NCBI GenBank assembly: GCA_024278855.1
Contig: JAJRSJ010000021.1
Coordinates: 4,181-68,180 of the forward strand
Direction: 5' to 3'
DNA: 64,000 nt
Source of the DNA: Alphaproteobacteria bacterium
Lineage (GTDB): Bacteria; Pseudomonadota; Alphaproteobacteria; Caulobacterales; Maricaulaceae
The notes under the pieces were generated by a model that was given only the letters and a program-made list of their open reading frames with translations, was not told where the DNA came from and made no database searches. Positions 10,434 through 20,359 of the stretch are shown here, in pieces (position 1 is the first letter of the stretch; each line of letters opens with the position of its first letter). A program made the translations under genes and the position numbers.

Positions 10434-12847
10434 CTAATGTGCAGTAAGCCCGCCTTGATCTTGTGAACCGTCTTTGGAGAACATCCCTGACAGTTCGGCC
10501 TCGTCTTTAGCCGTCCATATTACCGGTGTCAAAGGTTTCGTGAGGGCTTTTTGCAAAACTTCATCGACCGTTGCCACCGGGATAATTTCCAACTTGGATT
10601 TAACGTTGTCGGGGATATCGGCCAGGTCTTTGGCATTGTCAATGGGAATAAGCACGGTTTTGACACCGCCGCGCAGAGCCGCCAGTAATTTCTCCTTGAG
10701 CCCGCCGATTGGCAGCACACGCCCGCGCAAAGTAATCTCGCCGGTCATGGCAATATCCTTGCGCACTTTGATACCCGTAAGCACCGAAACCATAGCCGTG
10801 GCCATGGCGACACCGGCAGACGGGCCGTCTTTGGGGGTTGCGCCTTCTGGGACATGAACGTGAATATCCGTGGTACGAAAGGCTTTGGGGCTGATACCGA
10901 ATTCCGGTGCGCGAGCTTGCACATAGGAATTGGCGGCAGAGATGCTTTCTTTCATCACGTCTTTGAGGTTTCCGGTAATGGTCATCTTGCCGCGCCCGGA
11001 CATGGAGACGGCCTCGATGGTCAGAATATCGCCGCCCGCTGCCGTCCAGGCCAGCCCGGTGACAATGCCGATTTGGTCTTTTTTGTCGGTCTCGCCGAAG
11101 CGGAATTTCTGAACCCCGAGAAAATCTTCAATATTTTTTGAACTAATGATGATTTTTTTTGCTTCCTTGGCGACGATCTTGGCCACGGATTTACGGGCCA
11201 GGCGGGCCAGTTCGCGCTCCAGATTCCGAACCCCGGCTTCGCGGGTGTAATAGCGGATAATATCGCGCACGGCTTCTGTCTTGATGGCAAATTCACCTTT
11301 TCTAAGACCGTGATCCTTGACTTGTTTCTTGATCAAATGCCGCTCGGCGATTTCGATTTTTTCGTCCTCGGTATAGCCGGGGATGCGAATAACCTCCATG
11401 CGGTCAAGCAAAGGCGGTGAAATATCTAGCGTGTTGGCCGTGGTCACGAACATCACATCGGACAGATCGTAATCCACTTCCAGATAATGGTCATTAAAAT
11501 TGGCGTTTTGCTCCGGGTCAAGCACTTCCAAAAGCGCCGAAGACGGATCGCCGCGCATATCACTGCCCATTTTGTCGATCTCGTCGAGCAGAAACATCGG
11601 ATTGGTATATTTGGCCTTTTTCATACGCTGGATAATACGGCCGGGCATGGAGCCAATATAGGTGCGGCGGTGGCCGCGAATTTCGCTTTCGTCGCGAACC
11701 CCGCCCAAGGATACACGCACAAATTCGCGCCCCGTAGCTTCGGCGATAGATTTACCTAGGGAGGTTTTACCAACGCCGGGCGGGCCAACCAAACACAAGA
11801 TCGGGCCTTTCAATTTTTTCATGCGGGTCTGGACGGCCAGGTGCTCAATGATGCGCTCCTTAACCTTGTCCAGACCATAATGATCTCGGTCAAGAATGGT
11901 TTGCGCTTCGCCCAAATCCTTGCGCACCCGCTTTTTCTTGCCCCACGGCACAGACAAAAGCCAGTCGAGATAATTGCGCGACACATTGGCCTCAGCTGAC
12001 ATGGGCGACATTTGCGATAATTTTTTAAGCTCGGCCTTGGCTTTTTTGCGGGCTTCTTTGGAAAATTTGGTCTCGGTGATTTGTCCCGCCAGATCGGAAA
12101 TTTCGTCAACCTCTTCCTCGCTCCCAAGCTCGGTCTTAATGGCTTTCATTTGTTCGTTGAGGTAATATTCGCGCTGGGTTTTTTCCATCTGGTGTTTGAC
12201 CCGGCCCCGGATCTTCTTCTCGACTTTCAGAACGCTAATCTCGCCTTCCATGAGCGCAAACAGCAGCTCAAGGCGAGTGACAACACTAGTCTGGGCCAGC
12301 AATTTTTGTTTTTGGTCGATCTTTACGCCCAGATGCACGGCGATGGTATCTACCAATTTCCCGGGGTCTTGAATATCCGCCACCGCCGTTACAATATCTT
12401 CGGAGATTTTATTGTTTAGCTTCACATATTTTTTAAACTGATCGGACACACTGCGCACCAATATCTTGGTGTCTTTATTTGCTTTTCCCGTGGTTTTCAA
12501 CGGTGTCAGTTCAGCCTCAAAATAGTCCGGATTATCGGTAAAATGAACGACTTTTGCCCGCAAACCGCCTTCGACCAAAACCCGCACAGTACCGTCTGGC
12601 AGTTTCAGCAATTGCAGAATTTTGGCAACACAGCCAATATCGTGAATGTCCTGGGTGTCCGGATCTTCGGTATTGGCACTTTTTGGGTCAGGAGCAGTAT
12701 TTTCTTGTCCGACTTCATCACTTCTTCAAGGGCTTTGATGGACTTTTCGCGGCCAACAAATAACGGTACAACCATAAAAGGAAACACCACAATATCGCGT
12801 AAGGGGAGGACGGGTAATATTTGCGGTGTGTTTTGCGTATCGGTCAT
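10434..12847 (-). pseudogene. lon: ATP-dependent Lon protease; reading frame broken by a 1-nt deletion near codon 55 (possibly a sequencing artefact)
   Basis: The 725-aa ORF (10434-12611) carries Walker A GPPGVGKTS and the protease site DGPSAG. The 80-aa ORF (12605-12847) carries the Lon N-terminus [27 protein letters not shown]. Adding one A at the T5/A5 run 12680-12684 restores ...[37 protein letters not shown]. Confidence 0.9.
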
Positions 12848-12884
12848 GCTGTTTCTTCATGTTAAATGTTTGGTATTCACCCGA

Positions 12885-12912
12885 ATATGGGGAAGTTACA
12901 CGCCCATATCAA
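12885..12912 (-). promoter_or_regulatory. sigma-32 (RpoH)-type heat-shock promoter upstream of lon
   Basis: The minus strand reads TTGATA-N14-CCCCATAT, close to the CTTGAAA-N13-15-CCCCATNT consensus. It lies about 38 nt upstream of the lon ATG. Confidence 0.5.
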
Positions 12913-12972
12913 CCCATACATCTGTAGAAATGAATAAAATCATACACGAAGGTTATATTTGCCTCGCCGTGC

Positions 12973-13542
12973 TCACGACCCTGCCGGGCGCAAGGCAGCT
13001 AGCAAAGCTACCATTTCGCGATTGCCTTGTTGCTTTGCAAGAGAAATAGCGCTGTTGCCCAACCGATCTTTTCTGCCGACCTCTGCACCTTCGGACACGA
13101 GCCATTGCACTTGCTTTGTCCGCCCAAACAGCGCCGCCATCATCAATGCGGTTTGGCCGTTATTATTTACGGCATCAACGGCGCACTTATAATCCAGCAA
13201 CTTACGCGCCATATCATCATGGCCGGCAAATGCTACGCCCATTTGTGCGGTATTACCCTTGCGGTCTGCGGCGCAAATATCTGCGCCGTGCGCCGCTAGA
13301 TACGTAACGGTTTCAGCCTGGTTGTTATAGGCCGCCAAAATAAAAGCCGTATAGCCCTTTTTGTTGTGCGCTTCAATGGGCGCACCCGCCTCGATCAAAC
13401 CTTGTAATATATCCACCCGGCCATTGCGGGCCGCATCGAAGTAAAAAGCGGCCAGTTTTTCGGGCGTATATGTTTCGCCGCTATGTGCATGCGTGGGCAA
13501 TGTACTGGCGAGTAAGAAAACTATCGTCAGAAAATATTTCAT
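12973..13542 (-). CDS. secreted ankyrin-repeat protein (AnkB-like, catalase-associated)
   Basis: Signal peptide MKYFLTIVFLLASTLPTHA. Repeated ankyrin motifs are present (GYTAFILAAYNN, GNTAQMGVAFAGH, GQTALMMAALFG, GNSAISLA). It lies immediately downstream of the catalase. Confidence 0.85.
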   Translation of the reverse strand: MKYFLTIVFLLASTLPTHAHSGETYTPEKLAAFYFDAARNGRVDILQGLIEAGAPIEAHNKKGYTAFILAAYNNQAETVTYLAAHGADICAADRKGNTAQMGVAFAGHDDMARKLLDYKCAVDAVNNNGQTALMMAALFGRTKQVQWLVSEGAEVGRKDRLGNSAISLAKQQGNREMVALLAALRPAGS

Positions 13543-13557
13543 AATACACCTCTTGTG

Positions 13558-13592
13558 AAAAAATGGCGCAACATTAGGGCGAATGTTGCGCC
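13558..13592 (-). terminator. intrinsic terminator/attenuator between the catalase and ankyrin genes
   Basis: Perfect 11-bp stem GGCGCAACATT/AATGTTGCGCC with a 6-nt loop. On the minus strand it is followed by A then TTTTTT. Confidence 0.7.
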
Positions 13593-13608
13593 TCAGAATG
13601 ACTGCGAG

Positions 13609-15162
13609 CTACTGCGAAGCCTCCTGAATACTGTTGGCGCGGCGCTTGACCGCTGTCAAATTGACGTTAACGGCTTTGGCCAGGCGCATACCGTAATCTT
13701 TGTCCGCTAGGAAAAAATGCGTCACCATGATTTGTTTCACTTCAGCATTTTTCACCTGCCCCAAATCACCCGCAAGATTGCTGATCAAATTGGTTTGTTG
13801 CCCAGCGTCCAAGGAGCGGTAAAATTCACCAGCCTGCTTGAACGGTGCTTTGATACGAATAGCCTTTTTCTCCGCCGTGCCGGTAATGACATAGGTCGCC
13901 GTGGTGATTTTTGCATTGTCAGAATAGGCATTGTCATTGCGCGTGCGCGATGGTTGATAATTCACATCTCCGCTTGGCTTGCCAAAGTTCAGTGCGCCGT
14001 CTTGGCTACCATTGCGGACCGTCACACGCGGTGCATTTACGGGCAACATCTGGTAATTGGTACCAACCCGGTAGCGCTGCGTATCAGAATATGAGAACAA
14101 ACGCCCTTGTAAAAGCCGATCAGGCGAAGCGGCAATGCCCGGAACAAATACACCCGGTGAAAATGCGACTTGCTCCGTTGAGGCAAAGAAATTATCCGGC
14201 ACTTTATTGAGGGTCATCGTGCCAATTTTGATAGTTTTGAACACTGAACCTGCCTCGGCCCAATCTTTCGTGGCATCAAAAGGATTGAAATCTAGCTTGC
14301 CAATATCTTTGGGGTCAAGGATGATCGCGTTCAAATCCCATTTGGGATATTTCCCGGCCGAAATATCGCCGTAGAGAGATTTGGTGGCAAAGTTAAACGG
14401 TTTGGCAGACGCCTCCGCAGCTGTAAGGGTTTTAACGCCTTGGCGACTTTTCCAGCGAAATTTGGCAAAGACCGTATCGCCGCTTTTGTTAATCAAACGC
14501 AAAGCATGCACAGAATTTCCGTCCATATATTGCAAGCCGGCAGGGGTGCCGAGGTCTGTATAAACCTGGGTGAGCATATTGGTCGATTCTGGAATATGGG
14601 AGAAAAAATCGAAAAACCGGTTCGGGTCTTGCTGATTGGTCACCGGGGAGGGTTTTAGGCTATGCACCATATCAGGAAATTTTATTGCATCACGAATAAA
14701 GAAAATCGGAAGATTATTGCCAACCAGATCCCAATTGCCTTGGTCCGTGTAAAATTTGGTGGCAAATCCGCGTGGATCGCGCAAAGCTTCAGGCGAACCT
14801 TTTGGGTGAATAACCGTGGACATCCGCACAAATACCGGCGTTTTTTTGCCCTTCTTCGCAAACAGGGACGCTGTGGTATAGTCACTAATTTCAGAATTTG
14901 TGACTACAAACTCGCCCTCTACACCGGTGCCGCGTGCATGCACGACCCGCTCGGGGATGCGTTCACGATCAAAGCGGGCCAGTTTTTCAATCAAGTGAAA
15001 ATCTTCAAGCAAAACGCCGCCAAACTCACCTGCGGTTTTGGAATTTTGATTGTCAGAAACGGGCGCACCGGAATCCTGGGTTAGCTGTGGGTTTTGTGCA
15101 AATGCGCTCCCGCTTATCATTAAGGTGCTTATGGCTACCGTTATTAAAAAATTCGTTTTCAT
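13609..15162 (-). CDS. monofunctional haem catalase with Sec signal peptide
   Basis: FDRERIPERVVHARGTG, VRMSTV and RLFSYSDTQRYRVG are catalase signatures. The start is set at MKTNFLITVAISTLMISGSAFA (ATG 15160-15162, GGAGA RBS). Confidence 0.93.
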   Translation of the reverse strand: MKTNFLITVAISTLMISGSAFAQNPQLTQDSGAPVSDNQNSKTAGEFGGVLLEDFHLIEKLARFDRERIPERVVHARGTGVEGEFVVTNSEISDYTTASLFAKKGKKTPVFVRMSTVIHPKGSPEALRDPRGFATKFYTDQGNWDLVGNNLPIFFIRDAIKFPDMVHSLKPSPVTNQQDPNRFFDFFSHIPESTNMLTQVYTDLGTPAGLQYMDGNSVHALRLINKSGDTVFAKFRWKSRQGVKTLTAAEASAKPFNFATKSLYGDISAGKYPKWDLNAIILDPKDIGKLDFNPFDATKDWAEAGSVFKTIKIGTMTLNKVPDNFFASTEQVAFSPGVFVPGIAASPDRLLQGRLFSYSDTQRYRVGTNYQMLPVNAPRVTVRNGSQDGALNFGKPSGDVNYQPSRTRNDNAYSDNAKITTATYVITGTAEKKAIRIKAPFKQAGEFYRSLDAGQQTNLISNLAGDLGQVKNAEVKQIMVTHFFLADKDYGMRLAKAVNVNLTAVKRRANSIQEASQ

Positions 15163-15295
15163 AGAAAATCTCCGCTTCAGTTTAACATTCAAAAGCACAA
15201 AGCGCGCTGATGTTGTTTCTCTATAGAGGCGGCGAATTTGAATTTGAAATTGGTAGTTACGATGTGATTTATCGGCGAAACCAATAAGTGTATGA

Positions 15296-16213
15296 TTACA
15301 GCCCTAATGCCAAGTCATTATTTAGGCTCGGCGCAGAGGAAATGAGTTTGGCCAATGCGGCCAGACATGATTTGCGGGGAAAAGATTTTCGGAAAATTAT
15401 CCGCACAACTCTTTGCGGCTTTGGGGAAAAATGCCTAAGGAAAGTCGAGCCTGTTTGATCATTCAGAGCGCCTGTGGCCAGTTTGGGCAAAAATGTATAG
15501 CCTCTGCCGGCGCGAACCAACTCAATCACGGTCTGTAGGCCCGCATCTCGTAAGTCCGCCTGCCCGCTTACGGCGTCGTTGTTTAGCTTGCAAAGCTCCA
15601 AGGTTTGATCGCGCAAGCAGTGGCCATCTGGCAATAACAGCAAATCTTCAGGGTTAATATCATGAGCCTCTATGCTGGATTTACGACTTAGGGGGTGGCC
15701 CTGCGGACATAAAAGCAGAAATTCTTCGCGGTACAACTCTATTTCTTCGATGTTCTCAGGCGGTATTTCTGTGGCGATTATGGCTGCGTCAATTGTAAAA
15801 TTAGCCAACATTTCGTACAATGCCTCCGTCTTGTCCTCGTGTAGCGAAAGGGCCAATTTGGGATGATCCGCTAAGGCTTGGGCTAGAAAATGCGGGACAA
15901 GATAGGGAGCGATGGTCGGAATAATACCAAGCTTTACCTCCCCGCACAATATATCCGATTGGGCAGCGGCCAAATTTTCAATATTTTGCGCATGGGCCAT
16001 GATCTGGCGGGCTTCGGCAATAATCTTCGCGCCGATGGGCGTGATATTGACACCGCGTGTGGTGCGTTCAAATATTGTGACCTGCAACCGTTCTTCCAGC
16101 TTTTTGATCTGGCCGCTCAGTGTTGGTTGGGAAATAAAAACCGCATCAGCCGCCTTGCCAAAATGCTGATGATCCGCCACCGCTACAAGATATTTCAGGT
16201 CTTTTAAATTCAT
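15296..16213 (-). CDS. oxyR: LysR-family transcriptional regulator, OxyR-like
   Basis: N-terminus MNLKDLKYLVAVADHQHFGKAADAVFISQPTLSGQIKKLEE. Two Cys lie in the co-inducer domain (LLCPQGH and DGHCLRDQ), as in OxyR. The gene is adjacent to the catalase. Confidence 0.75.
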   Translation of the reverse strand: MNLKDLKYLVAVADHQHFGKAADAVFISQPTLSGQIKKLEERLQVTIFERTTRGVNITPIGAKIIAEARQIMAHAQNIENLAAAQSDILCGEVKLGIIPTIAPYLVPHFLAQALADHPKLALSLHEDKTEALYEMLANFTIDAAIIATEIPPENIEEIELYREEFLLLCPQGHPLSRKSSIEAHDINPEDLLLLPDGHCLRDQTLELCKLNNDAVSGQADLRDAGLQTVIELVRAGRGYTFLPKLATGALNDQTGSTFLRHFSPKPQRVVRIIFRKSFPRKSCLAALAKLISSAPSLNNDLALGL

Positions 16214-16374
16214 GATAGCTCATATTATAATCATTCTAAAATTAAAAGATACGAAATAATGTAGAGGCGTCCATTGATTAAAGACTTCCGATTAATATAG
16301 CTAAACCACCATACTTCCGCCGCAAAACAGAGGCCGAAATATTACTTATTTGAACCAGACTATGAGCAGGGTCT

Positions 16375-17640
16375 TCAAGAAGCTTTACCGGCCTTTTTGC
16401 CCTCTTTGGTGTAGATCAACAGCGGCTTGGCACTACCGTTCACCACTTCTGCATTGATCACAACCTCTTCGACGCCGTCATAAGTTGGCAGATCATACAT
16501 GGTATCGAGCAAAATACTTTCCATAATGGAACGTAAACCCCGCGCCCCTGTTTTGCGCTTAATAGCCCGCTTGGCAATGGCTTTGAGGGCGCCCTCGTTA
16601 AAGCTGAGGCGAACATTTTCCATATCAAACATAAGTTGATATTGCTTGACCAAAGCGTTTTTTGGTTGACTTAAAATCGTCACCAAAGCCGCCTCGTCCA
16701 AATTGGTCAAAGTGGCAATAACAGGTAAACGGCCTACAAATTCCGGGATAAGCCCGAATTTCACCAGATCCTCAGGTTCTATCCCCTGCAGGATTTCGCC
16801 CGTATTGCGGTCGTCCAACTCTTTAAGATCACCGCCAAACCCGATGCTGACATTACTGCCCCGGGCCGCAATAACCTTTTCAAGCCCGGCAAATGCGCCG
16901 CCGACCACAAACAATATATTGGTGGTATCCACCTGTAAAAATTCCTGCTGCGGGTGTTTGCGCCCGCCTTGGGGTGGTACGGAAGCAATTGTGCCTTCCA
17001 TGATTTTCAAAAGAACTTGCTGCACGCCCTCGCCCGAGACATCACGGGTGATGGAGGGATTGTCAGACTTGCGGCTAATTTTATCAACCTCGTCAATATA
17101 GACAATGCCGCGCTGGGCCCGCTCCACATTATAATCAGCGGATTGCAACAATTTGAGGATAATATTTTCAACATCTTCGCCCACATAACCCGCTTCGGTC
17201 AAGGTGGTCGCGTCCGCCATGGTGAACGGCACATCCAAAATCCGGGCCAACGTTTGCGCCAGCAATGTTTTACCACAACCGGTCGGACCAACCAGAAGGA
17301 TATTTGATTTCGCCAATTCAACATCATCGGCCTTGCCTGCATAATTCAGGCGTTTATAATGGTTGTGGACGGCCACAGACAACACCCGCTTGGCATGGTC
17401 TTGTCCGATAACATAATCATCAAGCGTGTCGCAAATTTCCTGAGGTGTCGGTACACCCTCTTGGTTTTGGGAAATACTGGCCTTGCCCTCTTCGCGGATA
17501 ATATCCATGCAAAGTCCGACACATTCATCACAAATGAACACGGTCGGGCCTGCAATCAATTTGCGAACCTCATGTTGGCTTTTGCCACAAAAGGAGCAAT
17601 ATAAAGTGTTTTTTGCGTCTGTGCCGCCTGATTTACTCAT
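16375..17640 (-). CDS. clpX: ATP-dependent Clp protease ATP-binding subunit ClpX
   Basis: Zinc-ribbon [26 protein letters not shown], Walker A GPTGCGKT and Walker [10 protein letters not shown]. The start is taken at MSKSGG. Confidence 0.97.
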   Translation of the reverse strand: MSKSGGTDAKNTLYCSFCGKSQHEVRKLIAGPTVFICDECVGLCMDIIREEGKASISQNQEGVPTPQEICDTLDDYVIGQDHAKRVLSVAVHNHYKRLNYAGKADDVELAKSNILLVGPTGCGKTLLAQTLARILDVPFTMADATTLTEAGYVGEDVENIILKLLQSADYNVERAQRGIVYIDEVDKISRKSDNPSITRDVSGEGVQQVLLKIMEGTIASVPPQGGRKHPQQEFLQVDTTNILFVVGGAFAGLEKVIAARGSNVSIGFGGDLKELDDRNTGEILQGIEPEDLVKFGLIPEFVGRLPVIATLTNLDEAALVTILSQPKNALVKQYQLMFDMENVRLSFNEGALKAIAKRAIKRKTGARGLRSIMESILLDTMYDLPTYDGVEEVVINAEVVNGSAKPLLIYTKEGKKAGKAS

Positions 17641-17656
17641 TCGTACTTCCACTTCT

Positions 17657-17798
17657 GTTGTTGTTTTTCCCGGTCACTCGCTTACGCTCGCTCCACGCCT
17701 CTTGTTGTTTTTCCCGGTCACTCGCTTACGCTCGCTCCACGCCTCTTGTTGTTTTTCCCGGTCACTCGCTTACGCTCGCTCCACGCCTCTTGTTGTTG
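17657..17798. repeat. tandem repeat, 44-bp unit x about 3.2, in the clpX-clpP intergenic region
   Basis: The unit cttgttgtttttcccggtcactcgcttacgctcgctccacgcct repeats at 17657, 17701 and 17745, with a partial copy at 17789. Copies 2 and 3 are identical. Confidence 0.9.
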
Positions 17799-17962
17799 CT
17801 GTTCATCGTTTTTGTCATAAACTAGCCGATTTGCAAATCTGTTTTGCAAGAGACATGCCGAGATATATCTTAATAACTGTTCTAAAATACAACAATTTCA
17901 TTACAAATAGCTTATTAAATCCCACTTAGAAACATTTTTTCGCATATTCTCTGACCAACTGG

Positions 17963-18618
17963 CTATTTTGCGTCCGCTCTTGAGGTGTAAACATGGTCAA
18001 CAATACCAAATTTCAGCGCATCCTCCGAGGTCATAAAGAAATCCCGATCCAGTGTCTTTTCAATGGTCGCATATTTTGGCCCGTATGTTTCACATAAATC
18101 TCGTTAAGGCGTTTCTTAAGGGCCAAAATATCATTAGCATGGCGCTGAATGTCCGAAGCCTGACCGCGAAACCCGCCGGACGGTTGATGTACCATAACAC
18201 GAGCATTTGGCAGGGCGACGCGCATGTCTTTGTGGCCAGCGCACAACAGCAGCGACCCCATGGATGCAGCCTGGCCCGTACACACGGTCGATACCGGGGA
18301 TTTAATATATTGCATAGTGTCGTAAATCGCCAAGCCGGAGGTGACAATACCGCCGGGCGAATTGATATACATATATATCTCTTTTTTCGGGTTTTCCGAT
18401 TCCAAAAACAAAAGTTGCGCCGTAATCGACATAGCCATGGCATCATCAACCGGCCCGGTTAAAAATATAATCCGGTCTTTGAGTAGGCGCGAATAAATAT
18501 CAAAGGCCCGCTCGCCCCGGCTGGTTTGTTCAATAACGGTGGGAACGAGATAGGAAGTTGGTTCAGAAAAGTCGTGCATAATTTCATCCAAAGTTTTTTC
18601 GTTGTCCTGCGACAACAT
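17963..18618 (-). pseudogene. clpP: ATP-dependent Clp protease proteolytic subunit ClpP; C-terminal frame broken by a 1-nt deletion (possibly a sequencing artefact)
   Basis: The 195-aa ORF has the ClpP core ([23 protein letters not shown]) but ends aberrantly at ...[18 protein letters not shown]. Shifting one base at the T4/A4 run 18074-18077 restores [38 protein letters not shown] with a stop at 17963. Confidence 0.9.
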
Positions 18619-18799
18619 TATATGGTTCGTCCCTACAATCGCGGGGAATAGTTACCTCAATGTGTATATTATCAAATAAATTTCAAGAGGGCGGGGAAAT
18701 TGCAATCCCTCTCCCCGGTTTACACCGCAAGAGTACTCCCAAGGGATCGCGGGGGAGGCGAATTTACAACGGTCCAGTCAATCGAAACCCAAAACCAAG

Positions 18800-20140
18800 C
18801 TACTCAAATGCGTCTTCTTTGAACAACTCGTCGCGGTCAACTTTTTTGTCTGTGATTTTCGCAGTTTCGATGATTAGATCGACCACTTTTTCCTCAAAAA
18901 TAGGTGCGCGTAATTGTGCGACCGCATCAGGGTTTTTCTGGAAAAATTCTAAAACTTGCTGCTCTTCGCCGGGATAACGGCGCGCTTCGGCGACCATGGC
19001 TTGTTGCAATTCTTCATTCGTAATCTGAATTTCAGCCTTGGCACCCATTTCGGCCAAAACCAAACCAAGGCGCACGCGGCGCTCGGCGATTTTTTTATAA
19101 TCAGCCTTTAGCTTTTTGTCGGATTTCTTGGCATCATCTTCGTCGAGCTGCCCGGCTTCTTTTTCCTGCTCAACCTGTTTCCAGATATTTGAAAACTCGG
19201 CTTCCACCATATTGGGCGGCAAATCAAAATCGTGTTTTGTATCAAGATCATCCAAAATAGCCCGCTTAAGCTTCATGCGCACCTGGGTTTCAAGTTCGCT
19301 TTCGGCTTGCTTGCTCACCACATCTTTGAGGCCTGCAAGATCGTCAAAACCAAATTTCTTGGCCAATTCATCGTCGAGCTCGGCCGGCTTGGCCCCTTGC
19401 ACTTCCAAAACCTCGGTTTCGAACACGGCTTCTTTATTGGCCAAATCCTCGACTTGGTATTCTTTGGGGAAGGTCACCGTCACATCAAGCTTGTCGCCTG
19501 CCTTGGCGCCAATCAACTGTTCTTCAAATCCGGGAATGAAACTGTTTGAACCCAGAACCAATTGATGTCCCTCCATAGCCCCGCCGTCAAAAGCGTCACC
19601 GTCCACACGGCCAACAAAATTGATCAGCACCGCATCATCTTTTTTGGCTTTTGCGGTCTTGGCTTTTTTCTTGTAACTAAGCTGATCCTTGGTCAATTCG
19701 GCCAAACGCTCATCCACATGTTCGTCGGTTAAATCACAGCCAAGACGGGTGAATTTTAGGGTCTTGGGATCGACGGGCTCAAATTCAGGAATAGTTTCCA
19801 CTGCAATGGTGTATTGCAAGTCGGCCTTGCCGCTCGTGACTTCGGCGCCATTAGCCCTAAGTTCGATTTTAGGCTGTCCGGCAGGGCGGATTTTATTCTC
19901 GTCCAAAGTATTTTGGGTTGTCTGTGTAACCACCTCTTGCACCACATCATTCATAATGCTCTGGCCGAACATTTTGCGGATATGGGTGATGGGGACTTTG
20001 CCGGGGCGAAAGCCTTTAAGGCTGACTTTCGGCTGCATTTCTTTGATTTTAGCCGCCAGTTTTGTTTCCAAATCAGCCTTGTCTACCGTGATTTCAAAAG
20101 TGCGGGAAAGCCCTTTAGGTTTTAATTCTTTAACGTTCAT
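18800..20140 (-). CDS. tig: trigger factor
   Basis: N-terminal ribosome-binding region with GFRPGKVP, a central FKBP-like domain and an acidic C-terminal arm. The start is taken at MNVKELKP. Confidence 0.93.
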   Translation of the reverse strand: MNVKELKPKGLSRTFEITVDKADLETKLAAKIKEMQPKVSLKGFRPGKVPITHIRKMFGQSIMNDVVQEVVTQTTQNTLDENKIRPAGQPKIELRANGAEVTSGKADLQYTIAVETIPEFEPVDPKTLKFTRLGCDLTDEHVDERLAELTKDQLSYKKKAKTAKAKKDDAVLINFVGRVDGDAFDGGAMEGHQLVLGSNSFIPGFEEQLIGAKAGDKLDVTVTFPKEYQVEDLANKEAVFETEVLEVQGAKPAELDDELAKKFGFDDLAGLKDVVSKQAESELETQVRMKLKRAILDDLDTKHDFDLPPNMVEAEFSNIWKQVEQEKEAGQLDEDDAKKSDKKLKADYKKIAERRVRLGLVLAEMGAKAEIQITNEELQQAMVAEARRYPGEEQQVLEFFQKNPDAVAQLRAPIFEEKVVDLIIETAKITDKKVDRDELFKEDAFE

Positions 20141-20359
20141 GTCCATATCCAAATGTGTTCGTGTGCTGCTCAATATCTCGCCTATGGGCAGCTTGTATGT
20201 CTAAAATAACTAAAACCGGGCCTTGGTGCGAGTTTGGGGCCGAGTTTGTGCCGCGCCTTATGTCATGCCTTAACACAATGTGCAACGGGGTTTTTACCCA
20301 TTTACAATTTGGGTGCATATGCCACAAAGACCCCTAAAACAGGCTATGAGACGACGATT

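Noticed and set aside
12676-12690. Programmed -1 ribosomal frameshifting or transcriptional slippage as the explanation for the lon, clpP and kynureninase-like breaks
   Set aside because: The runs are only 4-5 A. There is no X XXY YYZ heptamer with a downstream structure. Dependence of lon and clpP on inefficient slippage is implausible, so sequencing error or recent mutation is simpler. I keep it only as a remote alternative.
15163-15295. OxyR operator (ATAG-N7-CTAT x2) between oxyR and the catalase gene
   Set aside because: I could not find a convincing four-fold ATAG/CTAT arrangement by eye. Calling it would be speculation.
17613-17929. Plus-strand ORFs of 70 and 148 aa with internally repeated peptide ([30 protein letters not shown])
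   Set aside because: The periodic peptide is simply the 44-bp tandem repeat read in shifting frames. There is no RBS or plausible domain. The contiguous repeats without spacers also exclude CRISPR.
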